Part shown: positions 37,860 to 49,494 of the stretch, piece after piece
Layout of the letters: each line of letters begins with the position of its first letter
How positions within the stretch are numbered: the stretch's first letter is position 1
DNA from: an uncultured Roseburia sp.
GTDB taxonomy: Bacteria; Bacillota; Clostridia; Lachnospirales; Lachnospiraceae
Length of the DNA: 64,000 bases
Assembly: GCA_964408625.1 (NCBI GenBank)
Contig: CAYPAA010000001.1
Coordinates: 63,860-127,859, forward strand
Reading direction: 5' to 3'
Made by a program: the position numbers and the translations under genes
Notes under the pieces: model-generated
What the model was told of the DNA's origin: nothing
What the model saw: the letters and a program-made list of their open reading frames with translations, nothing else
The model's database searches: none

Positions 37860-38850
37860 TCTTCTTTCCAACCTTTTTTGTATCTTTTTGTGTCTCATTC
37901 TTTTCGTACACCTCATATGCATGTACAATCTTTTGAACCAATGGGTGTCTGACGACATCCTTTCCACTCAACTGACATATGGATATTTCCGAAACATTCT
38001 TCAAAACATCAATCGCCACATCCAATCCCGATTTTGCATTTGGTGGCAGATCTTTTTGTGTTGCATCCCCTGTGATAACCGCCTTCGAGCCAAAACCGAT
38101 ACGTGTCAAAAACATCTTCATCTGTGCAGGTGTTGTGTTTTGCGCTTCATCCAGGATAATAAACGCATTGTCAAGGGTTCTGCCACGCATGTAGGCAAGC
38201 GGAGCAACCTCGATCAAACCCTTTTCCATATTCCTTGCAAAACTCTCTCCTCCCATAATTTGATAGAGTGCATCATATAACGGACGCAGGTATGGGTCCA
38301 CCTTACTCTGCATATCGCCAGGCAAAAACCCAAGCTTTTCCCCCGCTTCAATCGCCGGTCTTGTAAGGATAATCCTGCTCACTTCTTCCCGCTGAAAAGC
38401 TGTAATCGCCATTGCCATCGCCAAATATGTCTTGCCGGTACCAGCCGGTCCAATACCAAAGGTAATCATTTGACTGCGTATAGCATCGACATATTGCTTT
38501 TGTCCAATTGTCTTGGGCTTGATAGGCTTTCCGCTTGTCGTGTGCGCAATACAATCGTCTGCTAATTCTGCCACAACATGATTGGCAAGTTCCTGCTCCT
38601 TTAAACCCAATAAATAATTGACATCCTGTTGCGTAATCGTAGTCCCCTTTTTTGAAAGTTCATATAATTCGTTCATCACAACAGAGGCACTCTTAATCTG
38701 CTTTTCTGCTCCGATGATTTTGATGGAATCATCCCGAACTACAAAAGTAACATTAAGAGTGCGCTCAATCAACTGAATATTGGTATCAAATTGTCCAAAA
38801 ATGTTTTCTAAATGTTCAACTGGAATATTTATTGTAATTTCTTCATTCAT
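37834..38850 (-). CDS. phoH: PhoH-family ATPase
   Basis: GPAGTGKT, LGFLPG, MRGRTL, DEAQN, VVRHPLV. Confidence 0.95.
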   Translation of the reverse strand: MNEEITINIPVEHLENIFGQFDTNIQLIERTLNVTFVVRDDSIKIIGAEKQIKSASVVMNELYELSKKGTTITQQDVNYLLGLKEQELANHVVAELADDCIAHTTSGKPIKPKTIGQKQYVDAIRSQMITFGIGPAGTGKTYLAMAMAITAFQREEVSRIILTRPAIEAGEKLGFLPGDMQSKVDPYLRPLYDALYQIMGGESFARNMEKGLIEVAPLAYMRGRTLDNAFIILDEAQNTTPAQMKMFLTRIGFGSKAVITGDATQKDLPPNAKSGLDVAIDVLKNVSEISICQLSGKDVVRHPLVQKIVHAYEVYEKNETQKDTKKVGKKNAKGTKRS

Positions 38851-40082
38851 AAACTATCGTTTCCTATATTTTCAATCATTGGAATCGTGGACGGTGCATG
38901 CGATGTTGCCGGACATAAGCCGATAACGCAGCCTCTCATCTCACATGTTCGATTCCCATAAGATATCATAACATTTTTATCTATTATTTGGATACCTTTT
39001 TCCTCTAAGTTTTTGATATAATTGTTACAATTCTTTTGCTGCATTCCTGACAATTGCGGTTTGGTATATGTTTGCGTTACAAATGAGAATTCTTTTTCCA
39101 ATACCCGATTCCAATATAGGGGTAATTCAATAGTATTCATGATTTTCACCTGTTTCGTTTGTCGCAAGGTAGTGTGTTGCATTTTGCCATACAGAATCGG
39201 TATGATGTTATAATTTCCGCTGTTGCTCCCAAAAAAGAAATAACTTCTTTTTTTTCCCGTATACATATGCTTTTGATAACTTGTGGGAATTTCAAATCGG
39301 ACCGGAAATTTGCCCTTCACCATCACATCCGCATCTGCCACCCCTTCATTGACGGCAATCATTTGCGTGTTGCTTTGATCCATAATCGGCACCCAGCCGT
39401 ACACTAAAATGTCGCCCTTCTTTACCTTATCCCCAATCGCCACAGCGGCTGTACCATTGCGAACAAAGATACGTTCTACCGTACCATCTATCGGGGAAAG
39501 CAAATCCTCACTCTTTGCCGTTTGTTTTTTAGTAACATCATTTTGAATTTGTTCCTTGATAGAAATATGCATTGTCGTACCGTGAATTGAGACAGAATTC
39601 CATATGATCTCCGGAAAATCCTTTAACATCATTTTTTCCATTTTTTCCGGATTTATTCTATGAATCGAACTCCCGATACCACAGCGCTTTTGTTCAAGAT
39701 AATTCTGAATCCTTTCATCGCTAAGGTATGAGTTGCCGATAATTTCAACACGCCATATAAATCCTGATAAAAAATACAATGCAAACAGCATTCCGAAAAT
39801 ACATACCGCATAAATCGATTTTCTTTGATAACGAAAAACGAAAAATGGGAAGCCATATTTTTTGTCTATCGAAAAACGGCTTTTTGTCTTTCGCAAAGCA
39901 TCTTTTGAACGAAGTAAATCCGACGCGCGCATTTTCAGTTGTACATGATTCCATTTGACAAAACTAATATCCCAAACCAGCAACCCTTTGTTACTGCACA
40001 AGCGCAGGAAACGGGGCAATTCATTTCCAACGAGTGTTATTTGCACAAATCCATAAAACCATTTGAAAAGTTTCACGTACAA
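38847..40082 (-). CDS. yqfD: Sporulation protein YqfD (SpoIV-like)
   Basis: RFLRLC, KYGFPF, IWRVEIIGN, GDKVKKGDILV; upstream of phoH. Confidence 0.88.
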   Translation of the reverse strand: MYVKLFKWFYGFVQITLVGNELPRFLRLCSNKGLLVWDISFVKWNHVQLKMRASDLLRSKDALRKTKSRFSIDKKYGFPFFVFRYQRKSIYAVCIFGMLFALYFLSGFIWRVEIIGNSYLSDERIQNYLEQKRCGIGSSIHRINPEKMEKMMLKDFPEIIWNSVSIHGTTMHISIKEQIQNDVTKKQTAKSEDLLSPIDGTVERIFVRNGTAAVAIGDKVKKGDILVYGWVPIMDQSNTQMIAVNEGVADADVMVKGKFPVRFEIPTSYQKHMYTGKKRSYFFFGSNSGNYNIIPILYGKMQHTTLRQTKQVKIMNTIELPLYWNRVLEKEFSFVTQTYTKPQLSGMQQKNCNNYIKNLEEKGIQIIDKNVMISYGNRTCEMRGCVIGLCPATSHAPSTIPMIENIGNDSL

Positions 40083-40360
40083 TAATCCTTCACTTCTATT
40101 TTATTAATATTTCCAGAAACCTTCATCTCGTCCTTCGTATAGTATGCAATACAAAGTTTACTGCCATGTAAGGTGACATGTTCCTTTTTTGATTGAATTA
40201 CAATTATCGTATCGTTGTATTCTATTAATCCTTTGAAATTCTCAATTAACACGCTTTTGCTTCCCGTTAGTGTCAGCCGGATTGTCCCCAGCAACAAAGG
40301 ACTCTCTGTCATTTCATCTGAAAGATAAAAATCATTTATTGCAAATCGTTTTCTATCCAT
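40073..40360 (-). CDS. yqfC: Sporulation protein YqfC (YabP/YqfC family)
   Basis: LTLTG...IENFKGLIEY...G..L.I.Y....M.V.G.I. Confidence 0.85.
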   Translation of the reverse strand: MDRKRFAINDFYLSDEMTESPLLLGTIRLTLTGSKSVLIENFKGLIEYNDTIIVIQSKKEHVTLHGSKLCIAYYTKDEMKVSGNINKIEVKDYCT

Positions 40361-40365
40361 ACTAC

Positions 40366-40393
40366 ACTATATGAAGCAGTTTTTTCACTAGAC
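40366..40393 (-). promoter_or_regulatory. sigma-E-like promoter of yqfCD
   Basis: GTCTAGT, 13 nt, CATATAGT (-10 fits CATAnnnT); ATG 5 nt downstream. Confidence 0.45.
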
Positions 40394-40405
40394 CAAGAAA
40401 CATGC

Positions 40406-40888
40406 TTATTTATGATATGGTTCATTGTTCATAATCCGATAACTTCGATAGAGTTGCTCGAGCAAAATGACGCGCATCAATTGGTGCGGAAATGTCATGG
40501 GCGAAAAACTAAGTGCAAAATCACTTCGATGCAATACCGTCTTATCTAAACCGATAGAACCACCAATGACAAAGACCAGACTACTGTGCCCTTGTAACCC
40601 GAGTGTTCCAATTTTTTCGGAAAGCGCAGCGGAATCTAATGCTTTTCCCTTTATTTCGAGCGTGATACAATAATCAGTATCTTTTATGTGTTTTAGAATA
40701 CGATCTCCTTCCTTATGTCGTATCACATCCATTTCAGTTTCAGATGCATTTTCCTTTGTTTTTTCATCTGCTACTTCAATGATATTTAGCTTTGCATAGC
40801 GGGATAACCGTTTCTGATACTCTGCAATTGCATCCCGATAAAAGGCTTCCTTGATTTGTCCAACGCATAAGACTGTAATATTCATCAT
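40406..40888 (-). CDS. rlmH: 23S rRNA pseudouridine-1915 N3-methyltransferase
   Basis: FVIGGSIG, MTFPHQLMRVILLEQLYR...YHK. Confidence 0.96.
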   Translation of the reverse strand: MMNITVLCVGQIKEAFYRDAIAEYQKRLSRYAKLNIIEVADEKTKENASETEMDVIRHKEGDRILKHIKDTDYCITLEIKGKALDSAALSEKIGTLGLQGHSSLVFVIGGSIGLDKTVLHRSDFALSFSPMTFPHQLMRVILLEQLYRSYRIMNNEPYHK

Positions 40889-40900
40889 ATTGATTTCTCC

Positions 40901-40944
40901 AAAAAGAAACAGGCACACGAATATTTGTCATGCCTGTTTTTATT
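40901..40944. terminator. Terminator-like hairpin after the TPR gene
   Basis: AAACAGGCA...TGCCTGTTT with flanking A/T runs. Confidence 0.55.
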
Positions 40945-42066
40945 TTATTGCGGAATATATTTAAACTTGTATTGTGCTACATCACTGTATCTTCCATGCT
41001 TATCAACCATCATAACAGAAAGGATATTATTTCCTACCGGTATTTCAATCGGTCCGGCATACGAAGTCGATTCCTTTGTCGGCGTTGTCCCATCCCATGT
41101 GAAATATACAACACTTCCTTCCGGTACCGTAATATTGATTGCTGTCGGTGTTGTAAACGTTCCCCCCGCCGGATCGATTTGCGGCTTGTCCGGATTTTTA
41201 TAAGATATATTGTATTTTTGAACGATCACCTGACTCCACTCACCATTTTCATTTTTGCATGTAGCCTTTATATTTGTTTTTCCCTCTGTGATGGTAATCG
41301 GTTCGCGATATCGTATGCCATGGTTGCCTTTTGACGGATCGGAACCATCATCCGTATAATAAATCTCAAATCCATCCTCCGATGTGAGTTCTAACACGAC
41401 ATCATCATTAAATTTCCCACCTTCTTCCGAAAAAACAGGCGGAACAACCAGATTATCCGCAAAAAGCTTTAACACTTTTTTATTTGTAACACCTTCTTGC
41501 AACTGCCCGATTGCATCATAATCATCCAAAACCAGATAAAGGGATAGCAAACCCTTATATGCCTCAAGATTATTGTTATCGCACTGCAATGCTGCCATGT
41601 ACAGTTCCTCTGCACGGTCATACTCTTCTATCCGGAGATAATCATTTGCAGCCAGCACTTTTGCTGTTACCTTTGTGTCATCTTTTTTTATTGCTTTTTC
41701 ATAATATGTAATCGCATCTGCATATTTTTCTTTTTTATCAAGTGCTAGTCCTTTGTTGACATAGTGACCATAGGATGTGCCAAATACAATCAGAAAAACA
41801 ATCAGTGCAACTACAGCAACGGACCCGATTCCCAGCCAAATCTTGAACTTTTTGCTCATCACAGGTTTATTCTTGTTGTCCGTATTTTTTGTTTTTTCCT
41901 CCTGAATCCTTTTGGTTTCCTTCTCTTTTTTCTTTTCATCTAAAATAGTCACCAAAAAATCATCTTCTAAAATATTATAATCCGGAACAATCTGTGCAGG
42001 TTCCCCGCAATTTTCACAATATACACTGCCAACGCGAATCTCTGCAGAACATTTACTACATTTCAT
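40945..42066 (-). CDS. Zinc-ribbon, TM, TPR and two Fn3-associated/chitobiase C-terminal domains
   Basis: CxxC...CxxC; TM; TPR-like helices; IYYTDDGSDP and YFTWDGTTP repeats. Confidence 0.8.
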   Translation of the reverse strand: MKCSKCSAEIRVGSVYCENCGEPAQIVPDYNILEDDFLVTILDEKKKEKETKRIQEEKTKNTDNKNKPVMSKKFKIWLGIGSVAVVALIVFLIVFGTSYGHYVNKGLALDKKEKYADAITYYEKAIKKDDTKVTAKVLAANDYLRIEEYDRAEELYMAALQCDNNNLEAYKGLLSLYLVLDDYDAIGQLQEGVTNKKVLKLFADNLVVPPVFSEEGGKFNDDVVLELTSEDGFEIYYTDDGSDPSKGNHGIRYREPITITEGKTNIKATCKNENGEWSQVIVQKYNISYKNPDKPQIDPAGGTFTTPTAINITVPEGSVVYFTWDGTTPTKESTSYAGPIEIPVGNNILSVMMVDKHGRYSDVAQYKFKYIPQ

Positions 42067-42079
42067 ATGCAACCCTCTA

Positions 42080-42922
42080 TCAATTCATAGTAACAGACGC
42101 AACACAATTGTACATAAGCATTGCGATTGTCATTGGACCAACGCCACCCGGAACAGGTGTAATAGCGGAACACTTTGGTGCGACATCATCAAAATCCACA
42201 TCTCCACAAAGTTTGTTATTTTCATCACGGTGCATTCCGACATCAATAACGACAGCGCCGTCTTTCACATATTCTGACGTAATAAACTGCTTCTTTCCGA
42301 TGGCAACAATCAAAATATCCGCATCTTGCGTAACGGACGGCAAATCAACCGTTTTCGAATGCGTTATCGTAACAGTGGCATTTTCGCGAAGCATCAAAAG
42401 TGCCATCGGCTTGCCAACAATATTGCTTCTGCCGACAATCACACACTTCTTTCCTTCCGTCTCAATATGACTTCTCTTCAGCAACTGAATGATACCCGCC
42501 GGAGTACAAGAGACAAACCCCGGTAAACCTATGGATAATGCCCCGACACTCTGCGGGTGGAAGCCATCCACATCCTTCTTTGGATCAATTGCCTTAATCA
42601 CTTTGTCTTCATCCATGTGTTTTGGCAATGGCAATTGCACCAGGATGCCGCTTACAGATTCCTTTTTATTCAGTTCGTCAATCAGCGCCAGCAATTCCTC
42701 TTCTGATGTTGTCTCAGGCAACTCATAAGACAACGATGTGATACCGATATATTCACATGCTTTTTTCTTATTGCGTACATAAACACAGGATGCCGGGTCT
42801 TCCCCGACTAAAATAACGGCAAGTGAAGCGGTCTTTCCACCTTCTGCCAACTTTGCAACTTTTTCTTTTAACTCATCTTTGATATCTTGTGCAATCTTTT
42901 TACCATCAATTAATGTTGTCAT
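42080..42922 (-). CDS. folD: Methylene-THF dehydrogenase/cyclohydrolase
   Basis: YVRNK, LVQLPLP, KDVDG, GRSNIVGKP, PGGVGPMT. Confidence 0.97.
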   Translation of the reverse strand: MTTLIDGKKIAQDIKDELKEKVAKLAEGGKTASLAVILVGEDPASCVYVRNKKKACEYIGITSLSYELPETTSEEELLALIDELNKKESVSGILVQLPLPKHMDEDKVIKAIDPKKDVDGFHPQSVGALSIGLPGFVSCTPAGIIQLLKRSHIETEGKKCVIVGRSNIVGKPMALLMLRENATVTITHSKTVDLPSVTQDADILIVAIGKKQFITSEYVKDGAVVIDVGMHRDENNKLCGDVDFDDVAPKCSAITPVPGGVGPMTIAMLMYNCVASVTMN

Positions 42923-42933
42923 ACTATCTCCTT

Positions 42934-44604
42934 TTAAAACAGTCCTGTAATCACACCATTATCGCTAACATCAATGCCATACGCTGCCGGTTGTTTTGGA
43001 AGACCCGGCATTGTCATAATCGCTCCCGTCACAGCAACAACAAATCCTGCGCCGGCAGAAACATAGACTTCACGAACATTGATTGTAAAGTCTGTTGGAC
43101 GACCTAATTTCGTAGCATCATCCGAAAGAGAGTACTGTGTTTTCGCCATACATACAGGAAAATCTCCCATTCCAAGCGAAGTGATTCGTTCCAACTCTTT
43201 CTTTGCTGCCGGTGAATAAGTCACGTCAGCCGCCCCATAGATTTCTTTTGCTATGATTTCAATCTTTTCTGTCAATGGAATGTCATCCGGATAAATCGGT
43301 GCAAAGTTGCTCTCCTTGTTTTCCAAAACATCAAGGACAGCGTTGGCCAACTCAATGCCACCGTCGCCACCTTTTTCCCAAACTTCGGATAAGGCGAAAC
43401 TACAGCCTCTGTTTTCACAGAACTCGCGCACAAATGCTTTCTCAGCCTCTGTGTCTGACACAAAAGAATTCAATGTAACAACAACCGGAACACCATATTT
43501 TTGTAAGTTCTCAATATGTTTTTCAAGGTTAACAATACCCTTTTTCAGTGCATCTAAATTCTCTTTTGTCAAGTCTGTCTTTGCAACACCACCGTTATAT
43601 TTCAAAGCTCGGATTGTCGCAACGAGAACAATGGCATCCGGCGACAAACCTGCCTTACGACATTTGATATCAAGGAATTTTTCAGCACCTAAATCAGCAC
43701 CGAAACCTGCCTCTGTCACAACAATATCAGCAAGTTTCAACGCCATCTTTGTAGCACGCACACTGTTACATCCATGCGCAATATTGGCAAAAGGACCACC
43801 GTGAATCAAAGCCGGTGTATGTTCCAGCGTTTGAATCAGGTTTGGTTTTAGCGCATCCTTCAACAATGCTGCCATTGCGCCCGTTGCCTGTAAATCATCC
43901 GCTGTAACAGGTTGTCCGGCAAAATTGTAGGCGACAATGATACGTCCCAATCTTTTCTTTAAGTCAGCCATATCATCAGCAAGACATAGGATTGCCATAA
44001 TCTCCGAAGCGACTGTGATAACAAAATGATCTTCACGAACCATGCCGTCCATCTTATTTCCAAGGCCGACAACGACGTTTCTGAGAACGCGGTCATTCAT
44101 GTCGAGACATCTTTTCCACACAACCTGTCTCGGATCGATTCCGAGTTCGTTGCCCTGCTGAATATGATTATCTAAAATCGCAGCCAGTAAGTTGTTTGCA
44201 GATGTGATTGCGTGAAAGTCCCCCGTAAAATGAAGATTCAAATCTTCCATAGGAACAACCTGTGCATAACCACCACCTGCAGCACCACCTTTAATACCAA
44301 AACATGGACCTAAAGAAGGTTCTCGAAGTGCCAATATCGCTTTCTTGTTCAACTTGCCGAAGGCTTGTCCCAAGCCAACACTTGTAGTCGTTTTTCCTTC
44401 GCCTGCAGGGGTAGGATTGATTGCTGTTACAAGAACTAATTTACCGTCTTTTTCCTTTGAAAGACGAGTCATACACGCATCGGATAATTTTGCCTTATAC
44501 TTGCCGTATAGTTCTAAGTCATCACCCGTCAAATCAATCTTTGCTGCAACCTCAGTGATTGGTAACATGTTTGCCTCTTGTGCGATTTGAATATCTGTTT
44601 TCAT
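42934..44604 (-). CDS. fhs: Formate-tetrahydrofolate ligase
   Basis: [33 protein letters not shown]; RBS AAGGAG. Confidence 0.97.
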   Translation of the reverse strand: MKTDIQIAQEANMLPITEVAAKIDLTGDDLELYGKYKAKLSDACMTRLSKEKDGKLVLVTAINPTPAGEGKTTTSVGLGQAFGKLNKKAILALREPSLGPCFGIKGGAAGGGYAQVVPMEDLNLHFTGDFHAITSANNLLAAILDNHIQQGNELGIDPRQVVWKRCLDMNDRVLRNVVVGLGNKMDGMVREDHFVITVASEIMAILCLADDMADLKKRLGRIIVAYNFAGQPVTADDLQATGAMAALLKDALKPNLIQTLEHTPALIHGGPFANIAHGCNSVRATKMALKLADIVVTEAGFGADLGAEKFLDIKCRKAGLSPDAIVLVATIRALKYNGGVAKTDLTKENLDALKKGIVNLEKHIENLQKYGVPVVVTLNSFVSDTEAEKAFVREFCENRGCSFALSEVWEKGGDGGIELANAVLDVLENKESNFAPIYPDDIPLTEKIEIIAKEIYGAADVTYSPAAKKELERITSLGMGDFPVCMAKTQYSLSDDATKLGRPTDFTINVREVYVSAGAGFVVAVTGAIMTMPGLPKQPAAYGIDVSDNGVITGLF

Positions 44605-44617
44605 TTTGTACTCCTTT

Positions 44618-47233
44618 TTATTTATTTTCGTTATCTGAATGCGTTTCCTCTGATTCTGAACCGTAGTTGGGATCCAAATACTGTTCAAATTCTGTTTCTG
44701 TCATCAAAACACTTCTTGGCTTCGTTCCCACGTCCGGTCCGACAACTCCAGCTTCCTCCAACTGGTCAATGATTCGCGCAGCGCGATTAAAACCAACCTT
44801 GAAATATCGTTGAAGCATGCCGATGGATGCTTTTTCCTTGCCAATAATCAGCCGGCCGGCTTCCGCAAAGTAGGAATCCACCGTGTCGTCAAAGCCGCTT
44901 CCTCCACCTATCGTCGTTGCATTGGACGCCGTCTCACTACCCGAATCAATCAAACGTGTGACATTGTCATCATAGACAACATTTTCATTATTTCCTTTTA
45001 TGAAATCTACAACATTTTGCACTTCCTGATCGGATACAAATGCACCTTGCACACGGAGGGGCTTTGTATATCCTTGCGGATAATAAAGCATATCACCATT
45101 TCCGAGTAATTTTTCTGCTCCAAACATATCCAGAATCGTTCGTGAATCCACACCACTGTTGACTGAAAATGCAATTCTTGAAGGCATATTTGCTTTAATC
45201 AAACCGGTGACAACATCTACAGAAGGCCTCTGCGTTGCAAGGATTAAATAAATACCCGCGGCTCTGGCCTTTTGTGCCAGACGACAAATGGATTCTTCAA
45301 CCTCCTTCGCCGCTACCATCATCAAATCTGCCAATTCGTCAACAATGACAACCATCTCCGGCATCTTTTCAAATTCGCCCAACTCGCCGTTTGAATTTAT
45401 CGGCATCTTGTAGTTGTTCACAACAAGTTTTTGATTATAGGATTTAATATCTCTCACGCCTGCATCCGCAAATTTCTGATATCTGTCATCCATTTCCATC
45501 ACCGCCCAATGCAGTGCCCCCGCCGCTTTCTTTGGCTCGGTAACCACCGGTATCAGAAGATGTGGAATACCATTGTAGATGCTAAGTTCCACCACTTTGG
45601 GATCAATCATGATAAACTTGACTTCGTCCGGTGATGCCTTGTATAGAATACTCATAATAATGGTATTGATACATACCGATTTACCAGAACCCGTCGTACC
45701 TGCAATCAACAGATGCGGCATCCTTGCAATATTTGCGGTAATAACATTGCCGGAAATATCACGACCTGCACAAAATGTCACTTTTGATTCGCTGCCTTTA
45801 AACTCTTTTGAAACTGCCAGTTCCTCAAAAGACACCATCACTTTATTCTTGTTCGGAATCTCAATACCAACGGCTGCCTTGCCGGGAATCGGCGCTTCTA
45901 TTCGTATATCTGTAACTGCAAGATTTAATTTGATATCATCTGCAAGATTCGTAATTCGATTGACGCGAACCCCAACCTCAGGAAGCAGTTCATATCGTGT
46001 AACGGTCGGACCACATGTCACATCCGTCACCTCGACATTGATGCCAAAATTTTTAAGCGTCTGCTCCAGTTTATCGGCCGTGCTCTCCAGTTCTTCTTTA
46101 GAATTTTGATTAGATCCGCCAGACTTCTTAGTCAAGAGAGATAACGGCGGAAATTTGTATTTGCCATTCGATGCTGTCCTTGTGCTTGCAATCGTATTTG
46201 CCACTTCATTTGCGTTCTCCACCATCTCCTGTGTACTGGCAACCGTCTTTCGAGGACGCTTTCTCTCCTCACCAAATGATTCTGTATGCGATTCGTTTAC
46301 CGGATCCGACACCGTCTCATTCGGTTTATGAATCAACGATTTTGAACCCGATTTTTTTGATGAAAGCGATACCCGATTTACTTCCTTGACATCCATCTTC
46401 TCATCCGGAGACATATGTAACTCGTTCACTTCATCCGACGACAATTCTTTTGCGGTTGCATTTGTCGTCATTGTCGTATCGAACGCAACGCCGGAGATCC
46501 TACGATTGCGTCTGGGACCATCACTCATTGCAGCGGCTTGCATCTGCTGTTCTTTATCATTTCTAATGTGTTTTAACCGGCTGTCCCGACTCTCATTCGG
46601 GTCTGTATGACGGTGCTTGCTACGTCTTGTCCTACTGGGAGCATTCAAAAGTGATTTCTCGGTAATGAGAATAAAACATATAATCAGAAGTACGATTGTA
46701 ATGACATATGCGCTGATAATCCCAAATCCCTGCACAAGTGCCTGTGCAAAGAAGGCTCCGATAAAGCCGCCTCCGGCTTTATTCTCAGAGCCATTATAAT
46801 AGCCTTGCATTGCACCACATGTATTAGAACCATGCGCAACCAATTCAATCATAACGCTCAATAAAATAACAAAAATGATGCCGACGATCAGTTTTACAAT
46901 CGCAATGCGATTTCCTGAATTTGAGATTGTAAAAAAAACGCCTATCAGAAGTAGAATCGGAAACAAATATGCCACAATTCCGAATATTCCAAAGAAAAAG
47001 CTGCTCACGGCATTTCCTACAACACCACCAATACCAAGATTACTAATAAATAGTAAAATACAGACGGCAAGCATAACCCACAGGATGATTTCTTTGATAA
47101 ATTCTACTCGCGCAACATCTATCACTTCAGCCTCTACTGTAACATTTTTTGTCTTTGCAGCAGGCTTTTTTGCTTTGGAACCAGATGAAGTTGTTTTCTT
47201 TGAAGAAGACTTCTTCTTTTCAGCCATTTCCAT
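44618..47233 (-). CDS. ftsK: DNA translocase FtsK/SpoIIIE
   Basis: N-terminal TMs, [27 protein letters not shown]; gamma domain [14 protein letters not shown]. Confidence 0.96.
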   Translation of the reverse strand: MEMAEKKKSSSKKTTSSGSKAKKPAAKTKNVTVEAEVIDVARVEFIKEIILWVMLAVCILLFISNLGIGGVVGNAVSSFFFGIFGIVAYLFPILLLIGVFFTISNSGNRIAIVKLIVGIIFVILLSVMIELVAHGSNTCGAMQGYYNGSENKAGGGFIGAFFAQALVQGFGIISAYVITIVLLIICFILITEKSLLNAPSRTRRSKHRHTDPNESRDSRLKHIRNDKEQQMQAAAMSDGPRRNRRISGVAFDTTMTTNATAKELSSDEVNELHMSPDEKMDVKEVNRVSLSSKKSGSKSLIHKPNETVSDPVNESHTESFGEERKRPRKTVASTQEMVENANEVANTIASTRTASNGKYKFPPLSLLTKKSGGSNQNSKEELESTADKLEQTLKNFGINVEVTDVTCGPTVTRYELLPEVGVRVNRITNLADDIKLNLAVTDIRIEAPIPGKAAVGIEIPNKNKVMVSFEELAVSKEFKGSESKVTFCAGRDISGNVITANIARMPHLLIAGTTGSGKSVCINTIIMSILYKASPDEVKFIMIDPKVVELSIYNGIPHLLIPVVTEPKKAAGALHWAVMEMDDRYQKFADAGVRDIKSYNQKLVVNNYKMPINSNGELGEFEKMPEMVVIVDELADLMMVAAKEVEESICRLAQKARAAGIYLILATQRPSVDVVTGLIKANMPSRIAFSVNSGVDSRTILDMFGAEKLLGNGDMLYYPQGYTKPLRVQGAFVSDQEVQNVVDFIKGNNENVVYDDNVTRLIDSGSETASNATTIGGGSGFDDTVDSYFAEAGRLIIGKEKASIGMLQRYFKVGFNRAARIIDQLEEAGVVGPDVGTKPRSVLMTETEFEQYLDPNYGSESEETHSDNENK

Positions 47234-47315
47234 ACCTCAGTTTCAAATTTTTATATTTATCTGCAACTTAGATATTTTACCATATTTTCATAAGTGTGTC
47301 ATTATTACATTTACA

Positions 47316-47954
47316 CTATCCGGCAATTAATTTTTTCAATTTATCCATCGCTTTACCCAAACCGCCTACCTCATCAATAATACCAACGGTGACTGCATCC
47401 TTACCAACCAGAATGGTACCCAAATCCCTTGCCATTGTGTCCTTTGCCATCATAAGCTCTTCCAACTGATCTTTCTTCACATTTGACTGTTTGCAGATAA
47501 AAGAAACGATTCGTTCCTGCATCTGATTGAATTGATAATATGTCTGTGGTGCACCCAGCACAGTTCCGGTCATGCGAACAGGGTGTGCAAGCATGGTTGC
47601 TGATTCAGCAATAAAGGAATAGTCTGTAGAGACAGCCAAGGGAATCCCGATGGAATGACTTCCTCCAATCACCAGCGATACCGTCGGTTTTCGGAGCGAT
47701 GTGATTAACTCTGCAATTGCAAGTCCGCATTCCACATCACCTCCAATTGTATTTAACACAAAGAGAACACCCTCAATGTTTTTATTGCAATCAACTTCAA
47801 TGAGTTTCGGAATAATGTGCTCATATTTCGTTGCCTTTGTGTTTCCGGAAAGTAAGTCATGTCCTTCAATTTCACCAATAATGGTAATCACTTGTATTTT
47901 ATTTCCTTCTTCCGTATCAACCACTCTTTGACCATATTCTTTTATCTCATCCAT
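47316..47954 (-). CDS. tepA: ClpP-like translocation-enhancing protein TepA
   Basis: IGEIEGH, TKYEH, NTIGGDVE.GLAIAE, GGSHSIG; upstream of ftsK. Confidence 0.85.
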   Translation of the reverse strand: MDEIKEYGQRVVDTEEGNKIQVITIIGEIEGHDLLSGNTKATKYEHIIPKLIEVDCNKNIEGVLFVLNTIGGDVECGLAIAELITSLRKPTVSLVIGGSHSIGIPLAVSTDYSFIAESATMLAHPVRMTGTVLGAPQTYYQFNQMQERIVSFICKQSNVKKDQLEELMMAKDTMARDLGTILVGKDAVTVGIIDEVGGLGKAMDKLKKLIAG

Positions 47955-48031
47955 TTTCCACCTCATTTTGACAAAAATAATAGAGCCTCCAATAAAGGAA
48001 ACTCTATATATTCTGTGAAAAACTGTTAAAT

Positions 48032-49483
48032 TTATTCGCCCAACAGATATTTGTACATACCCTCATAATGCGATTTTGAATTTGTCCACGAATAGTCTTT
48101 TTGCATACCGCGGTCAACCATCTTGTTCCAATCAGCTTTCTTATCGAAGAAAATATGTTTTGAATAGTTGACGGTATTTAGTAATTCATCTCCATTATAA
48201 TTTGCAAAGGAAAAACCATCGCCGGTGTGCTCATATTCATTGAAAGGAATAACCGTATCTTTCAATCCACCTGTTTCGCGCACAATCGGAACGGTTCCGT
48301 AACGAAAGGAAATCAACTGCGTCAAACCACATGGTTCAAAGCGAGATGGCATCAGGAATGCATCTGCAGCAGCATATAACTTATGTGCCAAATCTTCCGA
48401 ATAACATATATTTGCAGATATCTTATCCGGGTATTTCCATGCGAAATGGCGGAACATATTCTCATATTGTGACTCGCCGGTACCGATGACAACCAACTGT
48501 GTATGATTATCTACTAAGCGTTCAATGCAATAATTAACAAGGTCTAATCCTTTTTGGTCTGTCAGTCGAGAAATTAATCCAATCATATATTTCTTTTTGT
48601 CCACTGTGAGACCAAGCATCTCCTGTAGCTTCTCTTTGTTGATCTTTTTGTTGGTTCGGAAATTTGAGACATTGTAATTCTTAAAAATCAACTCATCTGT
48701 ATCCGGATCATACATGTTGTAATCAATTCCATTGATAATACCGCGTATGTCAAAATGACGGGCAGAAAGCAATCCGTTCAGCCCTTCTCCGTAATAGAAT
48801 GACTGAATCTCATTTGCGTATGTCTCACTCACAGTTGTGATGTAGTCTGCATAAACAAGACCACCCTTTAACATATTGGCACCCTTTTGGAACTCCAACT
48901 TATCCGGTGTAAATACCTCCATCGGTAATCCTGAAACACCCTGAATTGTCTCAATGTCCCATACACCTTGGAATTTCAGATTGTGGATTGTAACCACCGT
49001 CTTCATGCTGGAGAAAAATGGATTGTTTGCAAATTCCGTTTTCAGGTATACAGGAATCAAACCGGTCTGCCAGTCATGGCAATGGATAATATCCGGCTGA
49101 AAACCGATAACCGGCAGCATAGAAAGTACTGCTTTATCAAAAAATGTGTATTTTTCAATATCATATCGCGCATCGGAATACGGATAAAAACACTCAAAAT
49201 ATTCAAGGTTATCAACGAAATAATATGTAATACCTTGATACTTGTACTGTAGAATACCTACATATTTTTCTCCCACATAATGACCTAATCCCATCTGAAA
49301 ATGACATACATATTCAAACTGGTCGCGATATTGTGGTGGAATACAAGTGTAATCAGGAATCACTACACGCACATCCCATTCTTCCGGATCAAACTCTTTG
49401 GGAAGTGCTCCAACAACATCTGCCAATCCGCCTGTCTTAACAAAAGGTACACACTCACTTGATGCAAAAAGTACTTTTCTCAT
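48032..49483 (-). CDS. glgA: Glycogen synthase
   Basis: KTGGLADV, HCHDWQ, SRLTDQKG, PSRFEPCGL. Confidence 0.96.
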   Translation of the reverse strand: MRKVLFASSECVPFVKTGGLADVVGALPKEFDPEEWDVRVVIPDYTCIPPQYRDQFEYVCHFQMGLGHYVGEKYVGILQYKYQGITYYFVDNLEYFECFYPYSDARYDIEKYTFFDKAVLSMLPVIGFQPDIIHCHDWQTGLIPVYLKTEFANNPFFSSMKTVVTIHNLKFQGVWDIETIQGVSGLPMEVFTPDKLEFQKGANMLKGGLVYADYITTVSETYANEIQSFYYGEGLNGLLSARHFDIRGIINGIDYNMYDPDTDELIFKNYNVSNFRTNKKINKEKLQEMLGLTVDKKKYMIGLISRLTDQKGLDLVNYCIERLVDNHTQLVVIGTGESQYENMFRHFAWKYPDKISANICYSEDLAHKLYAAADAFLMPSRFEPCGLTQLISFRYGTVPIVRETGGLKDTVIPFNEYEHTGDGFSFANYNGDELLNTVNYSKHIFFDKKADWNKMVDRGMQKDYSWTNSKSHYEGMYKYLLGE

Positions 49484-49494
49484 ATCATAGCCTC

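Noticed and set aside
37633-38280. 215-aa + strand ORF and other long antisense ORFs (e.g. 45579-46109, 43307-43804, 58844-59176)
   Set aside because: Shadow frames of well-conserved genes; no RBS or recognisable motifs.
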